From contig JASANG010003765.1 of NCBI GenBank assembly GCA_030248215.1, positions 372,001-436,000 on the forward strand: a DNA stretch of 64,000 bases. The letters are read 5' to 3'. Below the pieces are notes generated by a model that saw nothing but the letters and a program-made list of their open reading frames with translations, searched no databases and was not told the origin of the DNA. Below are positions 40,801-51,584 of the stretch, in pieces (position 1 is the first letter of the stretch; every line of letters begins with the position of its first letter). A program made the translations under genes and the position numbers. The stretch is from Enoplolaimus lenunculus (taxonomy: Eukaryota).

Positions 40801-41055
40801 GATCGCGAGCGGTTTCGGACAACGCTTTGTGAATCTATTGCGCGCAGATTCTGCAGCGTATATATGTCGGTATGTTAATCGGATATTTATTTCACCTATT
40901 AATTGATTGCACTTATCATCATTGTACCATTTGAACGCTCCGTTACGATAAAGTGCCGCCCACGATTCGATCCAACGAGATCCTGTAATCAGGGATTCAG
41001 GTTTTAGTCGGTAAAGTCGACCAATATGAACCAAATACGCGTCAGGAAGCTCCAT
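37819..41055 (-). CDS. Intronless 1078-aa protein: interrupted N-terminal PH domain plus long disordered Ser-rich tail
   Basis: 3.2-kb open frame in AT-rich DNA. LVHIGRLYR...RW.ESWAALYRNGAFKWYND fits PH strands b1-b3, and QWFSVKSERELNDWIQGFSAVL fits b7 plus the C-terminal helix with the conserved Trp. Paralogous to 45451-47982. Confidence 0.88.
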   Translation of the reverse strand: MELPDAYLVHIGRLYRLKPESLITGSRWIESWAALYRNGAFKWYNDDKCNQLIGEINIRLTYRHIYAAESARNRFTKRCPKPLAIKQQQPLNSEDSQSKYNSAEGVVVTKSAKLATSFGTVFCVPVPKNSLEKRRKLSKTHRRQRSMPNLSSEFDETHTFTIEKSDTTSHLEDNMTEADTDICDVAEQRSTKRNLFRKNQANQLQWFSVKSERELNDWIQGFSAVLGQQALFEQVKQAIDEINADSFIESTEAQAETKVGSRKRSLSSQAIKQDYLPGLGYLWEEVKLYCARHGTAEFKPHYPPKSAELEQPHERKTVANIQRHVDMLNVSQEVADDKIAYDNADKVLETKPLERVKIVSEQPELQQANLDLSEDVNPAAGDTSESRIRSVSMTPQTPMIHHDQPFANETNDTMSQISKISSRSDAVIVAHWSEPSSQMIYDTSGAPDRFTSYASITPNAPRKQKKQHTGPAQTLPNLARLANELLAQHASQYSDKQTNTRRQAVKQVANKLLAKSYTNLTLPELEMYCDTDLHEYGDESTERKRHSSEPVLISSQGDIGQFRNADESPKDVNLGKSQQQTMEETKDRRYSKHVRSVDNHPLMLESFKSKEVASPVPAPRNTFQHKKLLSAIDSKSSTATASKPLVAPRGEKYYDWMNELNRNSIVSSASALNRTEQTHVSNEPKVNTAQFLNLPPGAWNYLLADRPENIRLKENNSEHKLNSRNTRSGLGRFCHQTNDAKTEDRSEQQPVASSTTNAIECVAGKQSNGIIDEVSSAANSNFSKSIASYDIQSTCSKMYKETSSLSRLSPSALAILLTPIPYSKHGSVRSGYSSRRNSFRSAVTSVDCESGVETWTNNTGETHDTPVEQLFSNTKLDGLTVAAVPSRGEADSVLNGSELSDSHHKNVIPAHSSNMVLPSINESKRLSRSYLHTRPTLGEITSSLYAGTTNFVGVDSHPDTYPGLTSSFTLGSSTIFPSEPNTRYSVASSNCGSYDVLGRTASSLTLPQGQYFPSNFESLKFYGADASFLPSFSGYVADLSRRPYLQQLYSRDSLTKNYGSYDVLGKTYPLYNTSVSYV

Positions 41056-42353
41056 GCTTTATTAAATTGACAATACAAGCGCTGAAATACGGCGTAGAAA
41101 ATTTATTCAGAAAGTGGTAGGTTAAACCAGATGCGTAGGCAGGATTTTCAATTGGAGGAGAGGCAACCAGATACTGATGTGTACCAAAGATATATTTAAC
41201 TTTTGGCGTGTTCAAAAGGGTGACTGGGTTAATAGAATGGACAGATTTGCATTTAACAGTGCGTGTAAAAACTACAAAAAAAGCCTCAAGAGCGAAGCAA
41301 ATAGAAACTGGACGTAATGTAATTTTGAATCCTTTTGTAACAGTCACAATGTGTTTCTTGTGTCATGGGGGCGAGATTTAAAGGACCCTCGGCTGCAGTA
41401 TTGGTTTAAACGTGTGCGAGACTATTGTTCAATGTAGGTTCACATATCTGTAAAAAAACTTGAAATGAAAAACCCTACTAAATCAAACTAGAGACCCGAT
41501 CCATGCTGTGTGTTTATTTTTCAAATGCTACGCTAATGAGGACATTGAGTGCATTGGCCTTAGTTAAAAATGCTTGCCTGACAACCCTTGTCTCCGCAGT
41601 CAAACCAGAATGCAAACTTTTTCGCAGTGTGAGCGCACATTCTTTACATATTTTATTGCATATACCAAAGGATTCAACCGGAATTTGAAGCTCTAAACAT
41701 GGAAATTTACATATACTGGCATAACTTATGCGTAGGATTGTGTTAGGCTTACGGTTGTAGGGAGGATGAATATGGAAGTCTCAGATCTTAAATAATATGT
41801 CAAGTTTCAAACTGATACGGTGCATATGTCGCAGGCCAAACTGCTATTCAGGCCAATTGCTAATAATAGCCTAAGCGAATCTGCTATTTTATGTAATAAC
41901 AGTTTGGCCTGGGCTAAACTGCTATTGCAAACGTTGTTTTTGTGTTCAATAAAATCGTGCAGTCAAAAATCTAGTCATAGGTGTTTAACGATGCTCAGTT
42001 ATCAGTTGATAAAATTTTAACAATGGACAATCAGAAATCAAAAGACATTGTGAGTAAAACAATGGATTATTATCTATCAGCTTTAGCAACTTTAAAGAAG
42101 TAAATGTATACACACTATATATGACATCTCAAAGCTAAAAGAGCAGCTTCCAAGTATTGCTTTCTTGCAGGAGTCATAATAGAACCTACGGATGTACCAT
42201 GATACCTATGTTAAAACAAATTATTATTCTGTATATGTAAACCAATGGAACACAGGAGCGATTATAGTTAAAACTGATGTTTGTCGTTTGTTACCCAATC
42301 AGAACATATCGTGTTCGCTTGGTGAATTTTCATCAGTATGCAAATCATTACAA

Positions 42354-42790
42354 CAGGGTGCAATCGGAATTCCGATTCCGATTAGAATTCCCGCCAATGT
42401 TACTTTAAAGGGCCGTCCCATTTTCACGTGACAGAAATGTACCAGGAATACATTCAAAAAATATAATTGGGACTGCGGGACAGTTGGGACAGATGAGACA
42501 GTGGGACAGTTGGGACATCTGGGACAGATGGGACCCTTGGGGCAGATGGGACAGCAGGGACAGTTGGGACAGTTGAGACAGATGGGACAGTTGGAACAGA
42601 TGGGACGATTGAAAATGTGTTCATGTGAAGTTTTTCAGAATTGTTGCTTCCAACAGACGCTCTAAATCAATATACTCGTTAATACAAATTATCCGTATAG
42701 TCACAATATTTGTAGTTCCGATTCCGATTCCGGTATAAATTTGCTGTTCCGATTCCGATTCCGGTTTATACAGTTTCGCTTTGCACCCTG
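42354..42790. mobile_element. hAT-type MITE with 8-bp target-site duplication and an internal 9-bp minisatellite
   Basis: TIRs CAGGGTGCAA / TTGCACCCTG; perfect TSD CATTACAA at 42346-42353 and 42791-42798; (GGGACAGWT)n at about 42475-42607. Confidence 0.9.
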
Positions 42791-43686
42791 CATTACAATG
42801 TCTTAATTTATTAAACATTTAAAACTTACAATGAAACTGCAATCTTCGAAGATTCATCTCTTGGTTTACGTACCCTTCACCGCTTTCAAATGTCCTATTC
42901 AATCGTAACGTTCCAAGCAAAATATCCAATGCTGCTTCTGACAGTGTATACCTCAGACACACGTGAACAGTATCAATATTGTCAATCGATAACTTTCGCA
43001 AAGTAGAATATTTCTTGTTAAAATTTTGAAACCGGCTAGAGTTTAACTTCAGCTAAATTCACGCAAGCATCAAATTATTTCTGCACTTGTTAAACACAAA
43101 TCGTTCTCGCGTCCATGCGTGTTAATACGCTTTTATGGAACCAATTGAAAACGAATTTAAAAGATGACACTGTTTTTCTGGTAAAATAGCCTGACATTTG
43201 ATATAAGCTTTATTTTTAGCATCCAATATTAAAAATTGTGCATCCATTAACAATTTCCTGTGACCAAACAACACTTGTGATTGTGTAAATGTTATTGCAT
43301 GATTCGAAAATAATACGGCTGTTGAGTTGGTGCGGTGATAAATTGCGTTATATATTTGAGAGAATACGAGGTTTTTAATTCAATAACAATATTTCAATTA
43401 TACTATTGATGAAGTGAATCGAACGCTGTATAAATATAACGAAAACTGTACTTCTTTGATGCTGTTAGGGTAAATATTTCAATATTAGGTAATAGATTAA
43501 ATTAAAAATCAGATAAATTGAATTATAATATATGACATATATACTATTGCTTCATTGTATATTAATCATAACTACCATTCGATACAAATTACTTTGAAAG
43601 CATTATATTACATAGCGCCAGGTTTACATGTATACTACATTTAGATGTCATATGTTGAACAGTTTATAAAAGCAAAATATGGCAAA

Positions 43687-44496
43687 TTAGAACACCAACT
43701 CAACCCCTTCTTCACTTTGAATACTACTAGCGGGGCTGTTGGTTTCGTAGGTTCCTCCGTGGCCAGAGCTATCGAGACTAAAATTAGTGTTATATCCGCT
43801 GCTTGCCTGCCTTATCAGCACTCCACCTGTAGACTTAGCGGCATTTTTGATCGTGTCTCCTTTCAAACTTATCGGACCGCCGTTAACATTCTTTGTGTAG
43901 CCAGTGCTTCTGTAGCCGCTATCAAATCCAATGGGTGCTCGGTCTGATTTCACTCCCATCACACCGTTTTCTTTGGAGAACTCGTTAATATACGACTTGT
44001 TCGCAGACGTTTCGTCGTTGAACCAGTTTTGAATTGTGTCAGCGGTAACCTTGTTCCCTGTCGAACCCGAATCTATCAAGTCACGCTGTTCTGTGTTGTT
44101 AGTTGATTTCAAATTGAGCACACCTCCGGATTCATGACTTCCTTTCCATTGATTTTGACGCGTTCTCTGCGCGTGTATAGCTTCGTTCGCTTTTTGAATG
44201 TCGTATTCAATGCTGCGGTCGTATTCTGGTAATTGATCTGCATCGAACGGGTCAAAATAGTCAGTTTTGGCACTGAATTCATTTGAAAATTGAAACTTAG
44301 AATCATCAGAAGGTATGACGTTTGGAGGTTTGTCGTAGATATGATAACCAGCACGGGAATTACGGTTTGTTTGAACAGGGTCTTGTTTCAAAGGACTTAG
44401 TGATTGGCCGGGATACGGAGTGAGCGGTAACAGTCCGCCGGCTCCAGCTGAGGAATGAGATGGCGACGCAGAGTCAATGTCTCGATTTTTCGCCAT
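43687..44496 (-). CDS. Intronless 269-aa hydrophilic protein of unknown function
   Basis: 810-nt ORF with protein-like composition; plausible 58-nt 5'UTR intron at 44498-44555 (AAG|GTACGT ... TTTTAG|A ATG); shares EFSAKT and FDP..D..P motifs with the neighbouring 843-aa ORF. Confidence 0.75.
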   Translation of the reverse strand: MAKNRDIDSASPSHSSAGAGGLLPLTPYPGQSLSPLKQDPVQTNRNSRAGYHIYDKPPNVIPSDDSKFQFSNEFSAKTDYFDPFDADQLPEYDRSIEYDIQKANEAIHAQRTRQNQWKGSHESGGVLNLKSTNNTEQRDLIDSGSTGNKVTADTIQNWFNDETSANKSYINEFSKENGVMGVKSDRAPIGFDSGYRSTGYTKNVNGGPISLKGDTIKNAAKSTGGVLIRQASSGYNTNFSLDSSGHGGTYETNSPASSIQSEEGVELVF

Positions 44497-45450
44497 TCTA
44501 AAATTATATCGTAACTCAGTAGTACGAAATGATTGTTGCCGATGTTTTCACGTACCTTCCTCGAAATAACAACTAGTCTTTTTCATTGTAGGTGTTCTAT
44601 TTACGCTATTTATAGCTACATCTTAAGAATGTTTTCTGTTTTGGAAGTTTGAACGGTACAAAAACTGTTGCGGTGGCGCTATATTCGTCGTGCGGCATCG
44701 TCCGTCACCGTCCATCACCGTGCGTCACCGTGCGTTATCGCACGCAAACACGCGTATAATACTGTATAGTGACAGACGGTGACGGACGGCACCATACGGG
44801 TGACGCACGGTGACGGACGGCGCCGGACGTTTACGGACGGGCGAAGGCGGTGACGGACGGCACAATACGGGTGACGGACGGCGCCGAACGTCAACATAAG
44901 TATCGTGCAACCCTTATCCACAAACATTTTAGATCAAAGACTAGAATTATTAAAAGTGCTTCATTTTGAGAACGATTAAGGCCAGTCTTGGAACAGAACC
45001 CTAAGGAGCTAGGGGTAGACTTTTGGATTAACCCTAAGCATAACGTTTTTCCACATAAATAGTTTCAATTTACTCTGAGGTTCAATTTCAAGGTGGGTGT
45101 ACTTAACTAAAACAACTTACATATTTTGTTCAAGGGCAATGTGAATTTGTTTAAACTCTTCCGTTTCTAGGAGAAATATTTATATTTTACTCTTTCTGAG
45201 TTTCACATTTAAGCGGTAATTTATAAATATTTGTAACGCTAAATGAAATTTATCTAAAACTAAACAGATGGTTTTGAACATGGACGAAAAAGTAAAGATG
45301 GGTGAACGCATGCCGTGTTCAAGTAATTTTGTGCGAGAATACCTCGAAAAATACTATTTCTGCGTGTATAACCACCGGTCGGGTAAAATATTTATCCACA
45401 TACATCTGTAATATTAAAGCCAATTTTCGAAAAATAAAAACTCATATTAC

Positions 45451-47982
45451 TCACCCAAAATATGGTCGGGATTCTTCATTAATGTAGTCCGCGCCTCTTA
45501 TGATTAATCCTTTTGTTCTGTTCTGTTCATTGTTAGTCGTTTCTTCTGAACGATAGTTTCGTTTATTCCTTTCTTCTCGCGATACCAACCGTTCTATGTT
45601 CCTCTTAATTGGACGTTGCAGGATAGGAGCGTTCACTAAAATCGGTGATTGTTCTATTTTTGAATGATCCGCTGTGACCTTGTAATTTGGGCTCATTTTT
45701 TCAGAAATTTGCTGTTCTTGTTGCTCTTGATTATGTGCATCGAAAACATGTTCAATTTGTGACTGAAATTGTTGTTGTATACCAGGCGTATATTGTTGCG
45801 ACTGTTTTGTTGGCGAGCTTCCACGTGGTGATTGAAGCTGTGTACTTCTTTCTTCGAGCGTACGTTTATGGTATGGCATTGGTGCGTTGAAAGATGTTTG
45901 GAATTTCTTTTCGTTTTCGCGTGCCGAATGGTTTGATTGTATTTGACGGTGCGTTAAAGGAATATTCTGGTGTCGTTGCTGACCAATTTCCTTGTGATCC
46001 TGTATTTTTGGTGCAGTATAAGTAAGCAGTGAAATATAACGTGGTTGGTTTGCAGCTTCTGGATCATCCGGATCAAAGGCGCTTTGTCTGCGTTGCGTTT
46101 CGATTGGTATTTCCCGTTTAAAGTTTGTCGCCACATCGTTTTGATCAAAATCACGTTGCTTTGAAACCCGGGCCACATTACGATAGTCTCGTGATTTAAT
46201 TGTAGGCCGTTCAGGTGGTTCAGGAGCAACATATGCTTTGTGGCTTCGAATTGGAGACCTTTGTGACGCAACAAACTTGGCTGGACGCCTTTTTTCTGTG
46301 TCTATCGTTTTTGCGCTGAATTCAGTATATGGCAGAACTCCAATAAATTTTGGTTGAAGACGAGCGTCTGGGTCAAAATCATAGTCATCCACAACGTTGA
46401 AATTTTCAAACGATACTTCATCGGATATTTTTTGAACTTTGTTGTTTGAAATCGGTATTGTATGCCTGGAATATTGCGAAGAGTCTCGTGGTGGTTTTCC
46501 TGCTCGATTAATCATCGTTGATGATTTTTCGATTTTTCCAGTTGTGGCCTTGTTCTTCACGTTGATATTTCCTTCACTGTGACGCTTTCTCAGGTCGGCA
46601 GCGAGCATTCTAAGCGTCAGATGTTCGTTTTGTTGTGCTTCCTCGGCACCACCTTTCGCCAAATTGACATAACTTCGTCTCAGCATTTCGTTTGCGAGTT
46701 TGCTCAGCGTGAGATCAAACAAATTCCGTTGCGCATTAAACTCGTGATAGTACTGGCTATGTTCCAGTACTTCGTTCGCAAGAACTTGTAGGCCAAAATT
46801 TGGCGACTTTTCCATCGATTCTGGTTGCGGTGTGGGCGGTGCTCGGCGATCTGGTTTAGAGACAGTTTGGTATTTTCGTGTTGGATCCATATGATGCAAT
46901 ACGTCGTCAATAGACTTATCGTTTTCAGCAAATCCACTATATTGTGACCAGCGATCTGCAAACTCTTGTTTGATTAGTTGATTGCCGTATACAGATGTTG
47001 GATCAACATATTGTGTATCGTCGACATCATTAGGTTGTTCACCAACAAGCATTGCAAGTTCTGGCCAGTCTTGATCAACTGGAGGCAGCGCTTGTTCGAT
47101 GACTGGTGCGCGTGGTGAGCTTCCATTAACATGATGTTGCTTGATCATTTCCCATAACGCCCCCAGTGTGATTTCATCGTTATTCTGTGCTCGAGTGTCG
47201 CCACTGTCTTCGTTACGACTTACTAGCTCGCCTACAAGCTGCTGCAAAGTTCCTCCACCATGCCGCGGTGACGCTTCTGGTCCTTGTGTCAACTGCTGAT
47301 AATATTCGAATTCGTTCAACAAATGCGAAAATCCGCCAATCCACTCAGACAAATCTTGTCCGTATTTGACGCAAAACCATTGATATTTTGTATCGTTTGT
47401 GTCGTCGTTTCCGTGTCGCTGCTCAGCTTCAATATTGCTTATATCGTGCAAGACTTGGTCACCATGACCAGCAGCAGCGCTTAAATCAGGCTTCGTTCGG
47501 TGATTGCCCGATTTACTGTTTGATCTTGAACCTAACCGACTAATGATACTGTTACGGTTAACGACTGATCCTTTTAACAACGGCACAGCAATCATCACTC
47601 CTTGTTTGACGCCGAACTTTCTTCGTTCAGGTACTAATTCGGTCGCGACAGGAGTTGTAGTAGTTTGAACATCTTGTTGAACTGAGCCTCTTGGTGTGGT
47701 TCGTGTAGACGATTGACTTTCTGTTTTGATTGTCATCGGTTTTGGACGATGTTTCTCGTTGAACAAATTCTGGCATGTTTCCGCTACATAAGTATCTTGA
47801 TACGCATCGAGAAAATTTACAGAGCCTTTAAGTTTGGTACAGTCTTGGTCACTGTACCACGCAAAGGCACCATTTTGAAGCAGAACAGCCCAGGTTTCAC
47901 GCCACCGAGGACCCGTGATTGGATTTGGAATAAAACGATACAACCGGCCTGCATAAACAATGTCGTCCGCATTAAAGGCCAT
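45451..47982 (-). CDS. Intronless 843-aa protein: interrupted N-terminal PH domain plus disordered Gln-rich tail
   Basis: IVYAGRLYR...RWRETWAVLLQNGAFAWYSD and QWFCVKYGQDLSEWIGGFSHLL align with the 1078-aa ORF; the N-terminus resembles evectin/PLEKHB-type PH domains (recalled, not searched). Confidence 0.88.
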   Translation of the reverse strand: MAFNADDIVYAGRLYRFIPNPITGPRWRETWAVLLQNGAFAWYSDQDCTKLKGSVNFLDAYQDTYVAETCQNLFNEKHRPKPMTIKTESQSSTRTTPRGSVQQDVQTTTTPVATELVPERRKFGVKQGVMIAVPLLKGSVVNRNSIISRLGSRSNSKSGNHRTKPDLSAAAGHGDQVLHDISNIEAEQRHGNDDTNDTKYQWFCVKYGQDLSEWIGGFSHLLNEFEYYQQLTQGPEASPRHGGGTLQQLVGELVSRNEDSGDTRAQNNDEITLGALWEMIKQHHVNGSSPRAPVIEQALPPVDQDWPELAMLVGEQPNDVDDTQYVDPTSVYGNQLIKQEFADRWSQYSGFAENDKSIDDVLHHMDPTRKYQTVSKPDRRAPPTPQPESMEKSPNFGLQVLANEVLEHSQYYHEFNAQRNLFDLTLSKLANEMLRRSYVNLAKGGAEEAQQNEHLTLRMLAADLRKRHSEGNINVKNKATTGKIEKSSTMINRAGKPPRDSSQYSRHTIPISNNKVQKISDEVSFENFNVVDDYDFDPDARLQPKFIGVLPYTEFSAKTIDTEKRRPAKFVASQRSPIRSHKAYVAPEPPERPTIKSRDYRNVARVSKQRDFDQNDVATNFKREIPIETQRRQSAFDPDDPEAANQPRYISLLTYTAPKIQDHKEIGQQRHQNIPLTHRQIQSNHSARENEKKFQTSFNAPMPYHKRTLEERSTQLQSPRGSSPTKQSQQYTPGIQQQFQSQIEHVFDAHNQEQQEQQISEKMSPNYKVTADHSKIEQSPILVNAPILQRPIKRNIERLVSREERNKRNYRSEETTNNEQNRTKGLIIRGADYINEESRPYFG

Positions 47983-50839
47983 AATTTATAGTTTAATTTG
48001 GCAAAAAAAGTTCGCTGCAAAATATTTCTAATTCTAAGACAGCTTTAAATTAGAATTTTTTAAAATCTGAAAACAATTTGGTAGCACTAAGAAATTAAAT
48101 CTTATCTAGAATCATTGTCACACAATTAGAATTTTCTTAATTGAGATATGAAAATCAGTCCGTTAATAACCTGCGAAAATCGCAGGAGTGGAAGAAATTG
48201 CGCTGTGAACCGCAGATTAGGCTCAGCATTAGAGAAGCAGTGTTGCAAATGGATACATACTCTGTGCAAAAGAATGTACCCAGTGCAAGTTGCGTTTTTG
48301 GCATATCCCCTTATTTAGTAAGTCTGTATATTGCTTTCTATGCTACTCTGTTTTCAGATGTGTGATGTGATCATATCATACACAATTGAGATATCAGTAA
48401 AGAATATTATTATTACCCCCTATTTAAGGAAAGAGAGGTCTGCCAAAAATGCAACGCCCGGTGGTATATTTTGTACCGCATATTTTTTACTATGTTGCAC
48501 ACTCTTGTAAGAGTGACCATCGAGTCTTGCTATTACTGATGCAATCAACAAAAAACAATGTAATTAGTGTAAAACTTTACATGTCTCATTTTCCTGGCTG
48601 CTGAGATGGAACTTATTAAGAATTAGCAGCGCAAACAAATGACGATTTGAAACGAATATGATTTCGTTAACGCTTTCTCACAGTATATTTTCTATTTGGT
48701 CTAAGATCTAATTTTAAGACAAAATCCGAATTGTCGCCTCTTTAGGTGGGAAACGTTTCTATAATCACCACTCAGCTTTATGAGCTTTACGCTCGAGCTT
48801 GCGGTGGCTGTCTCGTCATGTAGTGATTATAGATGGGCCACGGATATCTGAATATCCCGGATATGAAAAAATGCTATTGTGTAAAAAATTTGAATAATTT
48901 GTATTGTGTCACCATTAAAGTAGCTGGAGTTGTCGAAAAAATTCTGTATTCAAACCTGATTTGACATATTGAACCACATTCCTGCATAATTATATGATGA
49001 TTTAAAATTTTGATTTCTTAAAACATTCCAAAATTAAAAAATCGGTTTAGCTTCATATTCGACGGAATAATGACTTCATATTTTTAAATTATCTCAAAAT
49101 TTTATACCAAGTCGCGTAGCGAAATTACATATACTGGGCGATATTTTAAATTCTGATCGCTCTTGATTTAATAAGACGCCACGCCTAACTGAGCTATGAT
49201 GCTTATTAGTAAAAGGCTAGCTTGAACATCTGGCAATCTGTAAAGGGCAGATTTGATTCTCCCATGACATATCCCATTAGGTCACGTTGCCCACACAGTA
49301 TATTCTATATGAAAAGAGGATAACTATATTCATGGGCCATGAATTATATGGGCTACAGCAACACATAAAGCGTGGCCCACTCACCGGATAGCAATTGAAA
49401 AATCCGTATTTTAAGTTCTAGGCTTTCGTATCGGTAATATTTTTAATCCTTCTGTTGAATCAAAGCAACACTGTTACATGTGGAAAACAGAAGTACATAA
49501 ATTCTAGATTCATACGGTTCTGGTGTTATTATGGGTTCAATCATAAATCAGTTTTAAGAACCTGGATAGCTACATAAAAACTAACAAACAACTGCATTTT
49601 GTTTTAGGTTTATAACTATCATTGGAATCTATTTCGTATCGACACTTGTTGAAAACTATGTACGAGTTAAGAACTACCAAGGAACACAAACTGAAGTTTG
49701 GAAACGCAAAAACAAATTAAAAAATTTGACAGGACACGCATAGCGAAAAATATGTTTTAAAATATTTTGATATATGCAGATATCCGGATAAATATGATTT
49801 ACAACTGCCGGATGTCCGGATGAAAAGTAATATCCGCTGCCCATCACTAATCGGCGTAAGCGGGCATTAAATAAAGTTCTTGGAATTTGCGTACATAATT
49901 CTTGCTAAACGTTGCTATCAGTAAAACTTTTACGTCAATACAGTATATAATACTAAATTTAGATATCCGAAAAACAAAGGTACGGATGTTATATCAGCAA
50001 CAGCAAAACTTTGAAGCTTTGTCCTAAAACTTGTTGTTGCCAAGATTTCGGATTGATCCAGATTTCCAAATATCTGAAATTAAATTCTATATTTCGGATA
50101 TCCGAACACCAATTTTTATTTCTTAAGCACTTGTCTCTGTGGCTATGAAGGAAGTACCCTGACCCACAAGCTGAGAGTTATGAGCGTAAAGCAAACAATT
50201 CTAAAAATCGTTTGTGCAACTGCCTCAATAGTTTTGGGTATTCGGTTTAGAAGATTGCTACTGACTAATAAATACTGGAGTTGGCCACCTGAAATCGAGT
50301 TGATTTGGTTTGCGTCCGTCTGATTTAAACCACTGCAACAGATTCTATTGAATGACCCTTTCGTCGAACTATATACACACACGAGTCGTTTTACGTTCCA
50401 AGAAGACAGAACCACATTGAAATATACTTACGCTTATAAAATCGAGCAAACATCAGCCCTTACAGACTTGTGTTTTTATTAAATATGCCGAGGAGGCTTA
50501 AACTTGGGAATATGATTTGGTTGTTAAATAGCTAATGGTCCAAATCTTTAAGGACCACTTTAGTCTTAATATATCGAAACATTATGCCGATTTAGCTTCT
50601 CATAACCTCCCCCTGATGATTTCAATTAAATTTTAATTTTGTTAAGATTTGAGTATATAGTTTCACTTTTCGTGATCTTATATGGACTACTGCAGAACCA
50701 AAAATGTATGATGAACAGATCAGAAATCATAATTTTTTCATGCGCACCTAATTTACTATTAAACTTTGAATTACTTTTGATTAAAAACGAAAACTAAGAC
50801 TATTAAGAAGCTTTTTTCCATCAAACGAGTGGAACTGTT

Positions 50840-51584
50840 TTAAGTTATATTTACAAGTGCAAGATTTTGCCGCAAAAACTTGCACGTGCAACTTGAATGT
50901 GCAAGTTTGGTCACAAGGCAGATTTGAAGTTCTTGCAGCTGTAAATTATTCATTAGAATGCATGGGATTGAACTTAATTCGCACGTGTGAACGCCGTCGC
51001 AAATCGCTCGAATTACTTGCACTTGCATTTTCATTGGCCAATCAGAAGACGTGTTGCTGAGCGCCTTTTGAATAAATTCAGACTTATTGAATTTGTTCAA
51101 GATATATGCATTAATTCAAATATCTAACTTGTTTGATATTTCGCAGCCGACGGCGAAAGTAATGGGACTAGTTTTAATCTTTTAAGCATTAAATAAAGAT
51201 GCATCGCGATGAAAACTTTTTCAAGTCAAGAAATTTCGAGTATAGCCTTTGCGCATGAATGTTTCTTACAACTGAAACTTGCAGCTGCAACTTTTTTGAA
51301 AAATTCATTCGAAGAACTTGCAGCTGCAATTTATTCATAGAATTAATTCGTAGGTATGAATAGTCTTGCAAGTCGAATTCATTTATCATCATTGGCTAAA
51401 CTGATAGATTATAGGTTATGTTTGATTTTTATTGCAGTGGTCTGCAAAATTTTCACATAAATTCAAGTCAAGATTCAGAATGAAAGTTATGATTCTTTAC
51501 AAATACTTGGACCTGCAAGTATTTCGTGCAAGTTACAGTTGCAAGTTCTCGCAGCAAAGACTTGCACGTGTGAATAGGGCTTAA
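50840..51584. mobile_element. PIF/Harbinger(Tourist)-like MITE with AACTTGCA subrepeats; relatives at about 16990-17205 and 25137-26125
   Basis: About 50-bp imperfect TIR: ttaagttatatttacaagtgcaagattttgccgcaaaaacttgca versus the reverse complement ttaagccctattcacacgtgcaagtctttgctgcgagaacttgca. Confidence 0.7.
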
